Shown piece by piece: positions 9,510-19,406 of a stretch of 64,000 bases of DNA (positions are counted from its first letter, which is position 1; each line of letters opens with the position of its first letter). The notes below the pieces were generated by a model. That model was not told the DNA's origin. It saw nothing but the letters and a program-made list of their open reading frames with translations, and searched no databases. Where the stretch lies: the NCBI GenBank assembly GCA_044224255.1, contig JBGAKU010000002.1, positions 13,557 to 77,556 of the forward strand, given 5' to 3'. The position numbers and the translations under genes are program-made. This DNA comes from Geminicoccaceae bacterium. Its GTDB lineage: Bacteria > Pseudomonadota > Alphaproteobacteria > Geminicoccales > Geminicoccaceae.

Positions 9510-10844
9510 ATGGCGATGGACCAGCAACCCAAGGCGGGCGATGCGGTCGAGTGTGCCGCCGGCTTCCGCGGCCCGGTCATCGCGGCGGCGACGATCCTGG
9601 TGGTCTTCTTCGGCGGCTTCGGCACATGGGCGTTTCTCGTCCCGTTGTCCGGCGCTGCCGTGGCGCCGGCCTATGTGGCGCCCGAGGGCTTCCGCAAGAC
9701 GGTCCAGCATCTCGAGGGCGGGATCGTCTCGGAGATCCGCGTGCGTGAGGGCAGCAAGGTCGAGGCGGGCGACGTGATCGTCGTCCTCGACGACACGCGG
9801 GCGCTCGCGGACTACAACGCCGCCAAGGCGCAGCTCGTGTCGATGCTGGCCCGCAGCGCCCGGCTCGCCGCCGAGGAATCCGACGCCGAGACGCCGGCGT
9901 TCGCGGAGGATCTGCTCGCGGCGGGTGCGGAGGACCCCACGGTGCGGGCGCTGATCGACGCGGAGCGGCGGAGCCTCACGGCACGGCGACGGGCTTTGGC
10001 CGATCAGGTGGCGATGCGTGACGGCAAGGTCGCGCAGGCGCGGGCAGACCTCGCCTCCTATGAGGGCTCGCTCGTGAGCGTGGATCGTCAGATCGAGCTG
10101 ATCGACGAGGAGATCACCACGGTCGAGGACCTGCTGCGCAAGGGGCTCGACCGCAAGCCGCGCCTGCTCGCGCTGCAGCGAGCGCGCGCCGATCTCGAGG
10201 GCCAGCGCAATACGGCGGTCAACAGTGCCGCGGGCACGCGCGAGCTCATCGTTGCCACCCAGGCCGAGCGTGCGGCGCTGGTCAGCAGCCGGGCGGAAGA
10301 GGTCGCGACCGACCTTGCCGAGTCCCTGGCGGCCGCGACGCGGCTGCGCGCCGAGGTCAAGGCGGCCACCGACCGGCTGGACCGGACCAGAATCCGCGCG
10401 CCGGTCGCGGGCGAGGTCGTCGATCTGAAGCTGCGCACCATTGGGGGCGTCGTCACGCCGGGCGAGCCGATCATGGATCTGGTGCCGCGCGACCAGCGGC
10501 TCGTGATCGAGGCGCGCGTCTCGCCCAAGGACATCGATGTCGTGCATCCGGGCCTGAAGGCCGACGTCCACCTGACCGCGTTCCACACCCGGCACATGGC
10601 GCGGGTGCGGGGCGAGGTGGTGCAGGTGTCCGCCGATCGCCTGACCGACCCGAAGACCGGCGAGCCGTACTACACCGCCCAGATCTATGTCGACATGGCC
10701 GAGGTGCAGAAGAAGACGCCCGAGGTGAAGCTGAGCCCGGGCATGCCCGCCGAGGCCATGATCATCACGGGCGAGCGGACGACCTTCGAATACCTGATCG
10801 AGCCGATCCGCAACAGCTTCCGCCGCGCCCTGCGCGAGACCTGA
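9510..10844 (+). CDS. Type I secretion membrane fusion protein (HlyD/PrtE family)
   Basis: FFGGFGTWA TM, KTVQHLEGGIV, IRAPVAGEV, GGVVTPGEPIMDLVP, LSPGMPAE...GERTTFEYLIEP; ATG 5 nt after the prtD-like stop, with GGAG. Confidence 0.93.
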   Translation: MAMDQQPKAGDAVECAAGFRGPVIAAATILVVFFGGFGTWAFLVPLSGAAVAPAYVAPEGFRKTVQHLEGGIVSEIRVREGSKVEAGDVIVVLDDTRALADYNAAKAQLVSMLARSARLAAEESDAETPAFAEDLLAAGAEDPTVRALIDAERRSLTARRRALADQVAMRDGKVAQARADLASYEGSLVSVDRQIELIDEEITTVEDLLRKGLDRKPRLLALQRARADLEGQRNTAVNSAAGTRELIVATQAERAALVSSRAEEVATDLAESLAAATRLRAEVKAATDRLDRTRIRAPVAGEVVDLKLRTIGGVVTPGEPIMDLVPRDQRLVIEARVSPKDIDVVHPGLKADVHLTAFHTRHMARVRGEVVQVSADRLTDPKTGEPYYTAQIYVDMAEVQKKTPEVKLSPGMPAEAMIITGERTTFEYLIEPIRNSFRRALRET

Positions 10845-10874
10845 GGGTAAGCCGTACTGCAGCCGTCGTGTTGA

Positions 10875-12929
10875 TTGCTTTCGATTCGGCAAGGATTGAC
10901 GGCTAGCGCCGCCGCATCCAAGCTATCGGCATTGACGCGCGGGATTGGTGTCGTGGCCTCGGTCGGATCAGCTGCTGGGCAAGGTCCCAGATTGGGCGTG
11001 GTGTCGCTCGCTGCGGCTGTCGGCCGAGTACGGCGTACTGTGGCCGGAATTGTCTTTGCCGACGGCGCAGCATACAGCAAAGTGATGGAGTGCAGCGAGG
11101 AGGCTGGCCGCGCACAGCTGCTCATGGCTCGGAAGTTGTTCGCCGATGTGTTCGAAGCGCATGACGGACGAATATGCGGTGTTTCCGGCGATTCTCTCGT
11201 AGGACGCTTCTCGAGTGCCGTTGATGCGGTCGCTGCCGCGGTTCGCGCCCAAGATGAGCTTGCGGCTGCCGTCAGTGACTATCCCAGCGAGCTGCGCCTA
11301 TTGTGGCGAATTGGGATCCACTACGGTGACGTCATGGAGGAAGGCGTCGACCTCGTCGGCGATGCCGTCAATGTCGCCGCTCGGCTGCAGCAATTGGCGC
11401 CTCCTGGCGGCGTGTGCATGTCCGGCGTGGTGTATGACCTCACCCACAAGCAGCTGCCGCTGCGAATGCGGACCTTGGGCCCTTGCCGCCTGAAGAACAT
11501 CGCGGAACCGGTGGTCGCCCACGTCACCATGGGGACGACGACGGCCCGCAGGTTCGGTCGGCAGAGCGCGAGCCTGCGGAAAATCCTGCTCACGACGGCC
11601 GCTGCAATCTCTCTGCTCGTCGCGGCTGGGGCCGTGGTTGGCAAGCTGTCGCCCAACCTTTGGTGGCCCACTTCGACGGAGCAGAGCTTGGCCGCGGAAC
11701 GGGCGCGCGACGAGGCCAGGCCATCGGTCGCGGTATTGCCGATCAGTAACCTCACCGGCGATGAGAGCCGCGATCTTGTCGCTTATGCGGCAACCTTGGA
11801 AGTGCACCAGGTCCTCGCCGGGCAACTGGCATTTCGAGTGATATCTCAGGATTCGGCCGAGTCGATGCTTGCCGAAAAGCTGACCCCGAGAGCGCTCGCG
11901 GATAGCTACAGGATCGGTTACGTGGTGCGGGGTGGTGTCGTCGGAACCGACATCGCATCGAAGCTTAATCTGGAGTTGCTCAACGCCGCGTCCGGCGACA
12001 TAGTGTGGGCAGACTCCGTCGAGCTACGATCGCCCAAGGTCCTGGTTCTGCCAGGGAACCTCCTGCAACGCATGCTGGTGAAGTTCTCGGAAGCCGCGGG
12101 GACTTCGCGGGACAGTCAGATGATGTATACTCAGCTTAATGATGAAAGGATCAATATGTCCGCGTTCCAGGACTGGGTTACAGGTATGGGGTTGATGTTC
12201 GAGAATAGCGCAGATTTGAATAACCAATCTCGAACCTACTTCGAGAAAGCAATGAAGACAGACCCGAGCTTTGGTCGTGCATATTTGTATAACTCATACA
12301 GCTTTCTGAAGGAATGGACGAATAACTGGAGTAACGATTCGGCTAGCTCAAGAGATAAAGCTCTTCAGCTTGCCGAAGAGGCGGTCAAGCGGTTTCCTGA
12401 TGGTCACTACGGCTATTGGGCGCGTGCGCTTGCTCTTCTTTGGTCGGATCGGATAGATGAGGCAATGATCGACTATAAGCGTGCGTTGGATCTGAGCCCC
12501 AATGATCCTGTGCTGCTCGCGGATATGGGTGATGCGTTGGTTGCCGACGGACGGCCGAGTGAGGCAATAGTACAGATCGAAAAGGCCATGTCTCGCAGTC
12601 CTAGCAATGCGTGGTGGTACAGCTGGAATCTTGGTTACGCGCAGCTGTTCGATGGCCGCTATGACGATGCAATCAAGACCATCGAGAGCATCCCGGAGCA
12701 ATCGAACGATCTGAAGATCGTCCTGGCCGTGGCTTATGTCCAGCGAGGAGGGCCAGACGACCTGACCACCGCGCAGAGGCTGATCTCGGAATTTGTCGCG
12801 AATGACACTCGCTTCACGCTCGCCGAAGCAGCGCGTCAACCCTTCCGGCAGGCCCAGGACCGCGAGACTTGGCTCGGCAGCCTTCGCCGGGCAGGCCTGC
12901 CGGAAGGGCCGGCCGCTAAACTCCCATAG
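10875..12929 (+). CDS. Class III adenylate/guanylate cyclase - TM - TolB-like - TPR protein (true start probably near 10997)
   Basis: IVFADG..GDS..RIGIHYGDV..GDAVNVAARLQ..LKNIAEPV cyclase motifs; hydrophobic segment; RPSVAVLP; TPR repeats; LRRAGLP ending. Confidence 0.85.
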   Translation: MLSIRQGLTASAAASKLSALTRGIGVVASVGSAAGQGPRLGVVSLAAAVGRVRRTVAGIVFADGAAYSKVMECSEEAGRAQLLMARKLFADVFEAHDGRICGVSGDSLVGRFSSAVDAVAAAVRAQDELAAAVSDYPSELRLLWRIGIHYGDVMEEGVDLVGDAVNVAARLQQLAPPGGVCMSGVVYDLTHKQLPLRMRTLGPCRLKNIAEPVVAHVTMGTTTARRFGRQSASLRKILLTTAAAISLLVAAGAVVGKLSPNLWWPTSTEQSLAAERARDEARPSVAVLPISNLTGDESRDLVAYAATLEVHQVLAGQLAFRVISQDSAESMLAEKLTPRALADSYRIGYVVRGGVVGTDIASKLNLELLNAASGDIVWADSVELRSPKVLVLPGNLLQRMLVKFSEAAGTSRDSQMMYTQLNDERINMSAFQDWVTGMGLMFENSADLNNQSRTYFEKAMKTDPSFGRAYLYNSYSFLKEWTNNWSNDSASSRDKALQLAEEAVKRFPDGHYGYWARALALLWSDRIDEAMIDYKRALDLSPNDPVLLADMGDALVADGRPSEAIVQIEKAMSRSPSNAWWYSWNLGYAQLFDGRYDDAIKTIESIPEQSNDLKIVLAVAYVQRGGPDDLTTAQRLISEFVANDTRFTLAEAARQPFRQAQDRETWLGSLRRAGLPEGPAAKLP

Positions 12930-12956
12930 CCGGAGACCGGACCCGCCTCAGACGCA

Positions 12957-14450
12957 TCAGGGTCCGTGCCGCCGGCGCACGCCGACACCGAGCTTGGGCG
13001 GGGCGATCGCCGCCGCCTTGCTCGCCTGGGAGGCGGCCAGCGCGGTCGCGGTGGCGGTTCCCGGCATGGGCGGCACCGGCTCCTCGTACAGCCAGGCGTG
13101 CAGCAGCGGGCGGGCCTGCCTGCCGCCGATGCTTGCGGCGAGGTTGATGAAGTCGCCCGAGGTGGCATTGCCGTTGCGGTAGGTCTGATACCAGCGCCGA
13201 ATGGTCTGCCAGAACGCCCTGTCGCCCACGGTCCGGCGCAACGCCTCCAGGGTCAGGGCGCCCCGATAGTAGGTGTTGTCGGCGAACAGGTCCTGCGGGC
13301 GGCTGACGACGGCCGGGCCGATGCCTCGGCTGACAGCGTACTCGTAGAGGTCGTTCAATGCCTGGTCGAAGCCGGCCTGGTCGCCACGGAAATCCCACAG
13401 GAACTCGAAGTAGGTGGCGAATCCTTCGGCGAGCCACAGGTCTCGCCACTCCGCGACGGTGATGGAATCGCCGAACCACTGATGGGCGAGCTCGTGCACG
13501 ACGGTGAGCTCGTCGACCCAGGAGCTCTGGAAGGTCGACATTGCCTGGGTCTCGAGGGCGTAGGTGAGCTCCGGATCGTCGACCAGCACCGAGCCGTAGC
13601 CGTCGAATGGGTACCGTCCCACCAGCTTCTCGACGAAATCGATCATGGCCGCGGTCCTGCGCAGCGCCGCCACGCCGGCAGGCGGAGTGGCCGCCGTGAT
13701 GTAGTTGCGGACCGGCACGCCGCTCGCCGACTGGCTGCGCTCGAGCTTGAACTCGCCGATGTCGGTGATCGCGAGATAGCTCGCCATCGGCTGGCGCTGC
13801 TCCCAGACATAGCGCCGCCGCGTGCCGAGGTCGGTGAGCGAGACCGGCACGCCGTTCGCGACGGCGGTGTAGGGCTCGTCGGCCAGAACGGTGAAGCGGT
13901 AGCTCGCCTTGTCCGTCGGGACGTCGTTCGCGGGATACCAGGTGCCCGCACCCACGGGCTCGCTGACGACGTAGGAGGCGCCGGTCCATTTGCTCCAGCC
14001 CAGGCCAGGGATCGAGCTTGGATCGTCGACCGTCGGGTCGGGGATGGTGCGCGGCACGCCCGAATAGAGGATGACGGCCTTGAACCGGTCACCCCTAGGG
14101 ATGGCCTGGGCCGGCCGGACGATCAGCTTGCCGGGCCTTTGGCTGAACCTCGCCCTGACCCCGTCGATCTCCACGCTCTGGACCCTCAGGTGGCTGAGAT
14201 CGAGCGAGAACTCGTTCAGGCGCTGCGTCGCCTGGATGCTCAGTACCGCGCGGCCGTCGACGTGGGTGCCCTTGCCCTGGACGTCCAGGCGGATGGCGTA
14301 GTGCCGGACATCGATCCCGACATTGCCGAAGGTTGGGAAAAAGTCGTCGATCGCGTGCGCCGATCCGTACGACACGCCGAGCAACAGGACGGCCGTGGCG
14401 GCGGTATTGCGGAGTCGTGCGAACTGGCGACCAAAGGCCAGGAGCTGCAT
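12957..14450 (-). CDS. Secreted M1 family zinc aminopeptidase
   Basis: Signal peptide ending AHA; HELAHQWFG followed by WLAEGFATY; YALETQ exopeptidase motif; YYRGAL. Confidence 0.9.
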   Translation of the reverse strand: MQLLAFGRQFARLRNTAATAVLLLGVSYGSAHAIDDFFPTFGNVGIDVRHYAIRLDVQGKGTHVDGRAVLSIQATQRLNEFSLDLSHLRVQSVEIDGVRARFSQRPGKLIVRPAQAIPRGDRFKAVILYSGVPRTIPDPTVDDPSSIPGLGWSKWTGASYVVSEPVGAGTWYPANDVPTDKASYRFTVLADEPYTAVANGVPVSLTDLGTRRRYVWEQRQPMASYLAITDIGEFKLERSQSASGVPVRNYITAATPPAGVAALRRTAAMIDFVEKLVGRYPFDGYGSVLVDDPELTYALETQAMSTFQSSWVDELTVVHELAHQWFGDSITVAEWRDLWLAEGFATYFEFLWDFRGDQAGFDQALNDLYEYAVSRGIGPAVVSRPQDLFADNTYYRGALTLEALRRTVGDRAFWQTIRRWYQTYRNGNATSGDFINLAASIGGRQARPLLHAWLYEEPVPPMPGTATATALAASQASKAAAIAPPKLGVGVRRRHGP

Positions 14451-14560
14451 GAGGTCGATCTCCTCCGGCGGGAGCGCCAGCTCCCGCTTGTCGCTTTGCG
14501 CTGATCAGCAGAATGGCCGGACCGCCGGCCGCTGTCGACCCGCGTCGCGCCGAAGGAAAC

Positions 14561-15586
14561 TCAGCCCGGTGTCGGCGCGTCGGCGCGCAGGAGGCCCTCG
14601 GCCTTCAGGTCGGCCCAGAAGGAGGCCGGGATGTCGACCTCGAAGATCCGGTGGTTCTCCCCGATCTCCTCCGGCGAGCGGGCGCCGGGGATGAGGGTGG
14701 CGACGTTGGGGTGGCCGAGCGGGAACTGCAGGGCAGCGCTGGCCAGCCGGACATGGTGCCGGGCGCACACGGCCTCGATCCGCCGCACGCGCTCCATCAC
14801 CTCCGCGGGGGCGGGGGCATAGTTGTAGTAGGCGCCCTCGACCGCGCCGGTGGCCAGGATGCCGGTATTGTACGGGCCGCCGATCAGCAGCGAGATGCTC
14901 TTCTCCGCACAGTAGGGCAGGAGCGTGTCCAGCGCACCTTGCTCAAGCAGGGTGTAACGCCCGGCCAGGAGGAAGCAGTCGAAGTCGCCGGCGCGCGCGA
15001 ACTCCTCGCAGGCCTGCACCTCGTTGATGCCGGCGCCGATGGCGCGGACCACCCGCTCCTCGCGCAGCTTGAGCATGGCGCGGTAGCCGCCGCCCATCAC
15101 CTCGCCGAAACGCTGCAGTCGGGCTGCCTCGCTGCCGTGCGTCCAGACGTCGACGTCGTGGATAAGCAGGATCTCGATGCGGTCCAGGCCGAGGCGCTGC
15201 AGGCTGTCCTCGACCGAGCGCATCACGCCGTCATAGGAATAGTCGTAGACACCCTCGAACGGCAGGATCTTCTTGAACAGGCCGCCGTCGAGCTGCTCGG
15301 CGGGCCTGGGCCGCAGCAGGCGACCGACCTTCGTGGACAGGACATAGCTGTCGCGAGGCAGCCAGCGCAGCGCCTCCCCGATCCGATGCTCCGACAGGCC
15401 GAAGCCATAGAGGGGGGCGGTATCGAACAGGCGCATGCCGGCATCGTAGGCCGCACGGACCGTGTCACGTGCCTGACCGTCGGAGAATTCCTGGAACAGG
15501 TTGCCGAGCGGCGCACCGCCGAAGCCGATGGCCGGTACCTCGAGGCCGGAATTGCCGAGCGCTCGGCGGTCGGTGACGCGCATCAT
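14561..15586 (-). CDS. Aldo/keto reductase (D-threo-aldose 1-dehydrogenase-like)
   Basis: IGFGGAPLGNLF, FDTAPLYGFGLSE, LSTKVGR, LIHD, LAGRYTLLEQ. Confidence 0.9.
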   Translation of the reverse strand: MMRVTDRRALGNSGLEVPAIGFGGAPLGNLFQEFSDGQARDTVRAAYDAGMRLFDTAPLYGFGLSEHRIGEALRWLPRDSYVLSTKVGRLLRPRPAEQLDGGLFKKILPFEGVYDYSYDGVMRSVEDSLQRLGLDRIEILLIHDVDVWTHGSEAARLQRFGEVMGGGYRAMLKLREERVVRAIGAGINEVQACEEFARAGDFDCFLLAGRYTLLEQGALDTLLPYCAEKSISLLIGGPYNTGILATGAVEGAYYNYAPAPAEVMERVRRIEAVCARHHVRLASAALQFPLGHPNVATLIPGARSPEEIGENHRIFEVDIPASFWADLKAEGLLRADAPTPG

Positions 15587-15641
15587 CGCAACTGCCCCCT
15601 TTTGTGGTTGGCGCCCGGGATGGCGAACCACCGGCATCCCG

Positions 15642-16868
15642 TCAAGCGGCGGGGTTCTCCGGGACCCGCGGGTCGATCTCGGCGACGCGCGGCGTGGTCG
15701 CGGCGATGTCGACGAAGCCCTCCTTGGCGGGCGGCGAGGCCCGGCGCGACATGCGCCACAGCACGAAGGCCGCGAGGCCGGTGGCGACGATGCCGCTGTA
15801 GAGGAACAGCCCCCGCGGCCCCAGCACGTCCAGGAACGGTGCCGCGACGGTCGGCCCGAGGGCCGCTCCGGCGGCCCAGGCGAGCAGCAGACTGCTGCTC
15901 ACCCCGACCATCTGGTCGGGCTCCGCGAAGTCGGACGCGTGCGCCATGGCGACGGCGTAGAAGGTCAAGGAGGTGCCGCCGAGGAGCAGATAGAGCCCCA
16001 GCAGCCACAGGCCCGCCGGGATCAGGGCCGTGACCACCGAGAGCAGCGCCACCATGCTGGCGCAGCCGACGATCACGAGCCGGCGGTCCATCCGGTCGGA
16101 CAGGCGCCCCAGTGGCCACTGGAACAGGAAGCTGCCGAGCTGGAAGGATGTCAGCAGCCAGACCGTCGTGCGAGCGTCCAGCCCGACCCGGGTGCCGAAG
16201 AGCGGCGTCAGGCCGAGCAGGGCGCTGTTGACCAGGCCCGACACGAGGCAGCCCGCGACCCCGGCCGGCGCCAGCCGATAGAGTGCCAGCGGCCCCAGAT
16301 ATTCGAGCCGCAGAGGCGGGGGCTGGGGGGTCCGGGTCAGCGCGACCGGGATCAGCGACAGGGTGAACACCGCACCCGCGACCTCGAACCAGACTGGCGA
16401 GCCGGCTCCGATCTGCGCCAGTAGGACCTGCGCGCCGACGATCGCCACCTTGGTGGCCACGAGATAGAACGAGAGCACCCCGCCCCTGGCGTGCGGCGGC
16501 GCCGCGGCGCTCAGCCAGCCCTCGACCACGGTGAACAGGCCCGCCTGGCAGAAGCCCATGACGATGCGCAGGAGGACCCACAAGGCGATGAGGCCGCTCA
16601 GCGCGAACACCATGCTGGTCACCGAGCAGATCGCGGCCAGCACGGCGAAGGCGCGGATGTGGCCGACGTCGCGGATCAGCCGCGGGTTGACCACGCAGCC
16701 GGCCAGGAAGCCCACGCCGTAGCCCGTCACCACGAGGCCGGTCACCGTGCCGGAGTAGCCATTGAGCGCCAGGGTCAGGGGCAGGATGACCGACAGCACG
16801 GTGTTGGCGAACTGGAGCAGGGTGATGCCGCCGACGATGCCCGCCGCTGCACCATAGTGACTGAGCAT
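15642..16868 (-). CDS. MFS transporter (YcaD-like)
   Basis: About 12 hydrophobic segments; IRDVGHIRAF, VEGWL, QWPLGRLSDRMDRR. Confidence 0.88.
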   Translation of the reverse strand: MLSHYGAAAGIVGGITLLQFANTVLSVILPLTLALNGYSGTVTGLVVTGYGVGFLAGCVVNPRLIRDVGHIRAFAVLAAICSVTSMVFALSGLIALWVLLRIVMGFCQAGLFTVVEGWLSAAAPPHARGGVLSFYLVATKVAIVGAQVLLAQIGAGSPVWFEVAGAVFTLSLIPVALTRTPQPPPLRLEYLGPLALYRLAPAGVAGCLVSGLVNSALLGLTPLFGTRVGLDARTTVWLLTSFQLGSFLFQWPLGRLSDRMDRRLVIVGCASMVALLSVVTALIPAGLWLLGLYLLLGGTSLTFYAVAMAHASDFAEPDQMVGVSSSLLLAWAAGAALGPTVAAPFLDVLGPRGLFLYSGIVATGLAAFVLWRMSRRASPPAKEGFVDIAATTPRVAEIDPRVPENPAA

Positions 16869-17056
16869 CGCTGGTTGGGTCCGCCACGCCTGGCCGCTCG
16901 GTCAGGGCGGCCTACGCCTCATCCACGCCACGGCGCAAGCCAGGACCTCGACCGCCCTGGGCCGCGCTGCGATAATCGGTGGCGGGAACCAGGATACTCT
17001 TCACCGGGCCCGCCTGGTCCTTATCTTAGCCTCTGACGTGTAGTCGGAGAGACGGG

Positions 17057-17155
17057 ATGAGCGGACGGACGGTTCTGGGCGGCACGATCCTCGGCATTCT
17101 GCTCGGGATCCTGTGGCTGCGGGCCTCGACGCTGTGGGTGTTTCATCTGTTCTGA
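17057..17155 (+). CDS. Putative 32-aa single-pass membrane peptide (absent from ORF track)
   Basis: GGAGAG RBS then ATG; MSGRTVLGGTILGILLGILWLRASTLWVFHLF-stop, hydrophobic with a Gxxx G pattern; immediately upstream of xpaC-like gene. Confidence 0.5.
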   Translation: MSGRTVLGGTILGILLGILWLRASTLWVFHLF

Positions 17156-17181
17156 GCCGGATCCGGCCACCTGGGAGTATC

Positions 17182-18078
17182 GTGGGCGTGCAGCAGAAGG
17201 GACACCAGGCGCCAGGCACCTCGCGGCGGGTCGGCGGCGGGCAAGTCACGGGGGGCCTCCCGGTCCTGCCGATGTCGCCGGCGCGTGGCTGGCTGTTGAA
17301 GATCTGGGCCGGTCTGTTCGTCTGGCCGCTGTTTCTGGCCCTGATGCGTGGCAGCTTTCGCGAGGCGCTCGCCTTCGTGACGGCGATGGCACTGCTCTAT
17401 CTCGGCGGCCGGTCGGTCGAGCGCGGCAGCCGCGAGGAGGTCCTGAACCGGGGCTGGGCGCTGGCTCGCAGCCCGACCCCTTGGAAGCTCATGGGCTCCT
17501 TGGCGGCCGGTGCCGGGGCCATGGTGGCGAGCCTCGGCTCGGGCGATCCGCTCAGCATGGGCGTGCTCTACGGTGTGCTGGTCCTTGGCGCCTCGATCCT
17601 GACCTACGGGCTGGACCCGAAGGCGGACCGGGCGGCACTCGAGGCGGCGGCCCAGCGGGCGGGCATTCGCAGCAAGGAGGTCCTGGATGCGCTGGAGGAG
17701 GCGCACCGGAAAGTGCGCGGCATCGAGCATGCCAGCCAGGGCCTGCACTCGCGTGAGCTCAAGGCCCGCCTGGACCGGATCTGCAGTCAGGCCCGCACGA
17801 TTCTCGGCCAGCTCGAGCAGGACCCGAAGAACCTGACCCGAGCCCGGCGCTTTCTGGTGACCTATCTCGATGGCACGCGGGACGTCGTCGCGAAATATGC
17901 CGCGCAGCAGCGCGATCTCGCCGACACGGCGCTGGCGGAGAACTTTCGCCGGGTCCTGATGACGATCGAGCAGGTGTTCGACGAGCAGGAGGAAGTCCTG
18001 AAGCAGGACGACCGTCTCGACCTCGAGGTGCAGATCGAGGTTCTCGAGACCCAGCTCAAGCGTGAAGGCGTGCACTGA
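17182..18078 (+). CDS. xpaC: XpaC-like 5-bromo-4-chloroindolyl phosphate hydrolysis family membrane protein
   Basis: Four TM segments, YGLDP, C-terminal DPKNLTRARRFLVTYLDG...DLEVQIEVLETQLKREG; directly upstream of telA-like gene. Start GTG 17182 or 17188. Confidence 0.82.
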   Translation: MGVQQKGHQAPGTSRRVGGGQVTGGLPVLPMSPARGWLLKIWAGLFVWPLFLALMRGSFREALAFVTAMALLYLGGRSVERGSREEVLNRGWALARSPTPWKLMGSLAAGAGAMVASLGSGDPLSMGVLYGVLVLGASILTYGLDPKADRAALEAAAQRAGIRSKEVLDALEEAHRKVRGIEHASQGLHSRELKARLDRICSQARTILGQLEQDPKNLTRARRFLVTYLDGTRDVVAKYAAQQRDLADTALAENFRRVLMTIEQVFDEQEEVLKQDDRLDLEVQIEVLETQLKREGVH

Positions 18079-18116
18079 GCCGCCGGACGGGACCGTACAG
18101 CAGAGGGAGAGGCTCC

Positions 18117-19307
18117 GTGGCCGACCAGCCGACCAAGACCGAGGATAGCGCGGTCACCCTGCCGCCCCTGGCGACCGAATCGCTCGCCGGCCGGCTCGCG
18201 GTGCTCGACAAGGAGCTGGCCGGCGACCTGCAGATCGATCTGGTGGGGCCGGTCGAGCAGCAGGTCGCGCAGGCGATGCGCGAGCTCGACATCAGCGACA
18301 GCAACTCGATCATCTTCTTCGGCAGCAAGGCGCAGCAGCAGCTCAGCACGGTGTCCGACACCATGCTGGAGAACGTCCGCACCAAGGACATCGGCCCGGC
18401 CGGCAACGCATTGAACGCGATGGTGGCGAAGCTGCGTGAGATCGACATCGGCGATGTCGACCCGACTGAGCGGCCCGGCTTCCTCGCCCGGCTGTTCGGC
18501 GCGAAGAGCGAGGTGCAGAAATATCTCGACAAGTACGAAGACGTGCGCAGCCAGATCGATACGATCACGACCCAGCTGGAGCAGCACAAGACCAAGATGC
18601 TGACCGATATCGTGCGGCTCGACAAGCTGTACGAGGCCAATCTGGACTATTTCCGTACTCTCGAGATTTATATCGCAGCGGGTCGCGCCAAGCTCAAGGA
18701 GGTCGACGAGCAGGTAATCCCGGCCCTGGCCAAGGAGGTCGAGGGTTCGGACGACGTGATCAGGGCGCAGAAGCTGCGCGACCTGCGCGCCGCGCGCGAC
18801 GATCTCGAGCGCCGCGTGCACGACCTCTTGCTGACGCGCCAGGTGACCATGCAGGCGCTGCCGTCGATCCGGCTCGTCCAGGAGAACGACAAGGCGCTGG
18901 TCACCAAGATCAATAGCACCATCGCCAACACGGTGCCGCTCTGGCGGCAGCAGCTGGCCCAGGCGGTCACCATCTACCGGATGGGCGAAGCCGCGGATTC
19001 CGTCAAAGCCGCATCCGATCTCACCAACGAGCTGCTCAAGAACAACGCTGAGAACCTGCAGCGCGCCAACGCCGAGGTGCGCCGGCAGGTCGAGCGCGGC
19101 GTGTTCGACATCGAGACGGTGAAGGAGGCCAACGCGCGGTTGGTCGCGACCATCAATGAGAGCCTGCAGATCGCCGACGAGGGCAAGCGCAAGCGCGCCG
19201 AGGCGGAGCAGCAGCTCCAGGCGATGGAGGCCGAGCTGCGCAAGACGCTGGCTTCGGCGTCGGCCCGGGCCGGTGGGCAGCCTGCGCCCGGATCGACGCG
19301 GCGTTGA
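18117..19307 (+). CDS. telA: Toxic anion resistance protein (TelA/YaaN/KlaB family)
   Basis: DSNSIIFFGSKAQ, VRTKDIGPAG, LPSIRLVQENDKALVTKINST, TNELLKNNAE, ERGVFDIE. Confidence 0.92.
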   Translation: MADQPTKTEDSAVTLPPLATESLAGRLAVLDKELAGDLQIDLVGPVEQQVAQAMRELDISDSNSIIFFGSKAQQQLSTVSDTMLENVRTKDIGPAGNALNAMVAKLREIDIGDVDPTERPGFLARLFGAKSEVQKYLDKYEDVRSQIDTITTQLEQHKTKMLTDIVRLDKLYEANLDYFRTLEIYIAAGRAKLKEVDEQVIPALAKEVEGSDDVIRAQKLRDLRAARDDLERRVHDLLLTRQVTMQALPSIRLVQENDKALVTKINSTIANTVPLWRQQLAQAVTIYRMGEAADSVKAASDLTNELLKNNAENLQRANAEVRRQVERGVFDIETVKEANARLVATINESLQIADEGKRKRAEAEQQLQAMEAELRKTLASASARAGGQPAPGSTRR

Positions 19308-19406
19308 GGCCGCCGGAGCCTGCGGCATCCGGCCGAGCGGTTGGCCATTGCGGCCGGCCGGTTTGACCCTTAGACCTGAAGGGTGGACAGCAATCGGGAG
19401 CGCCGC

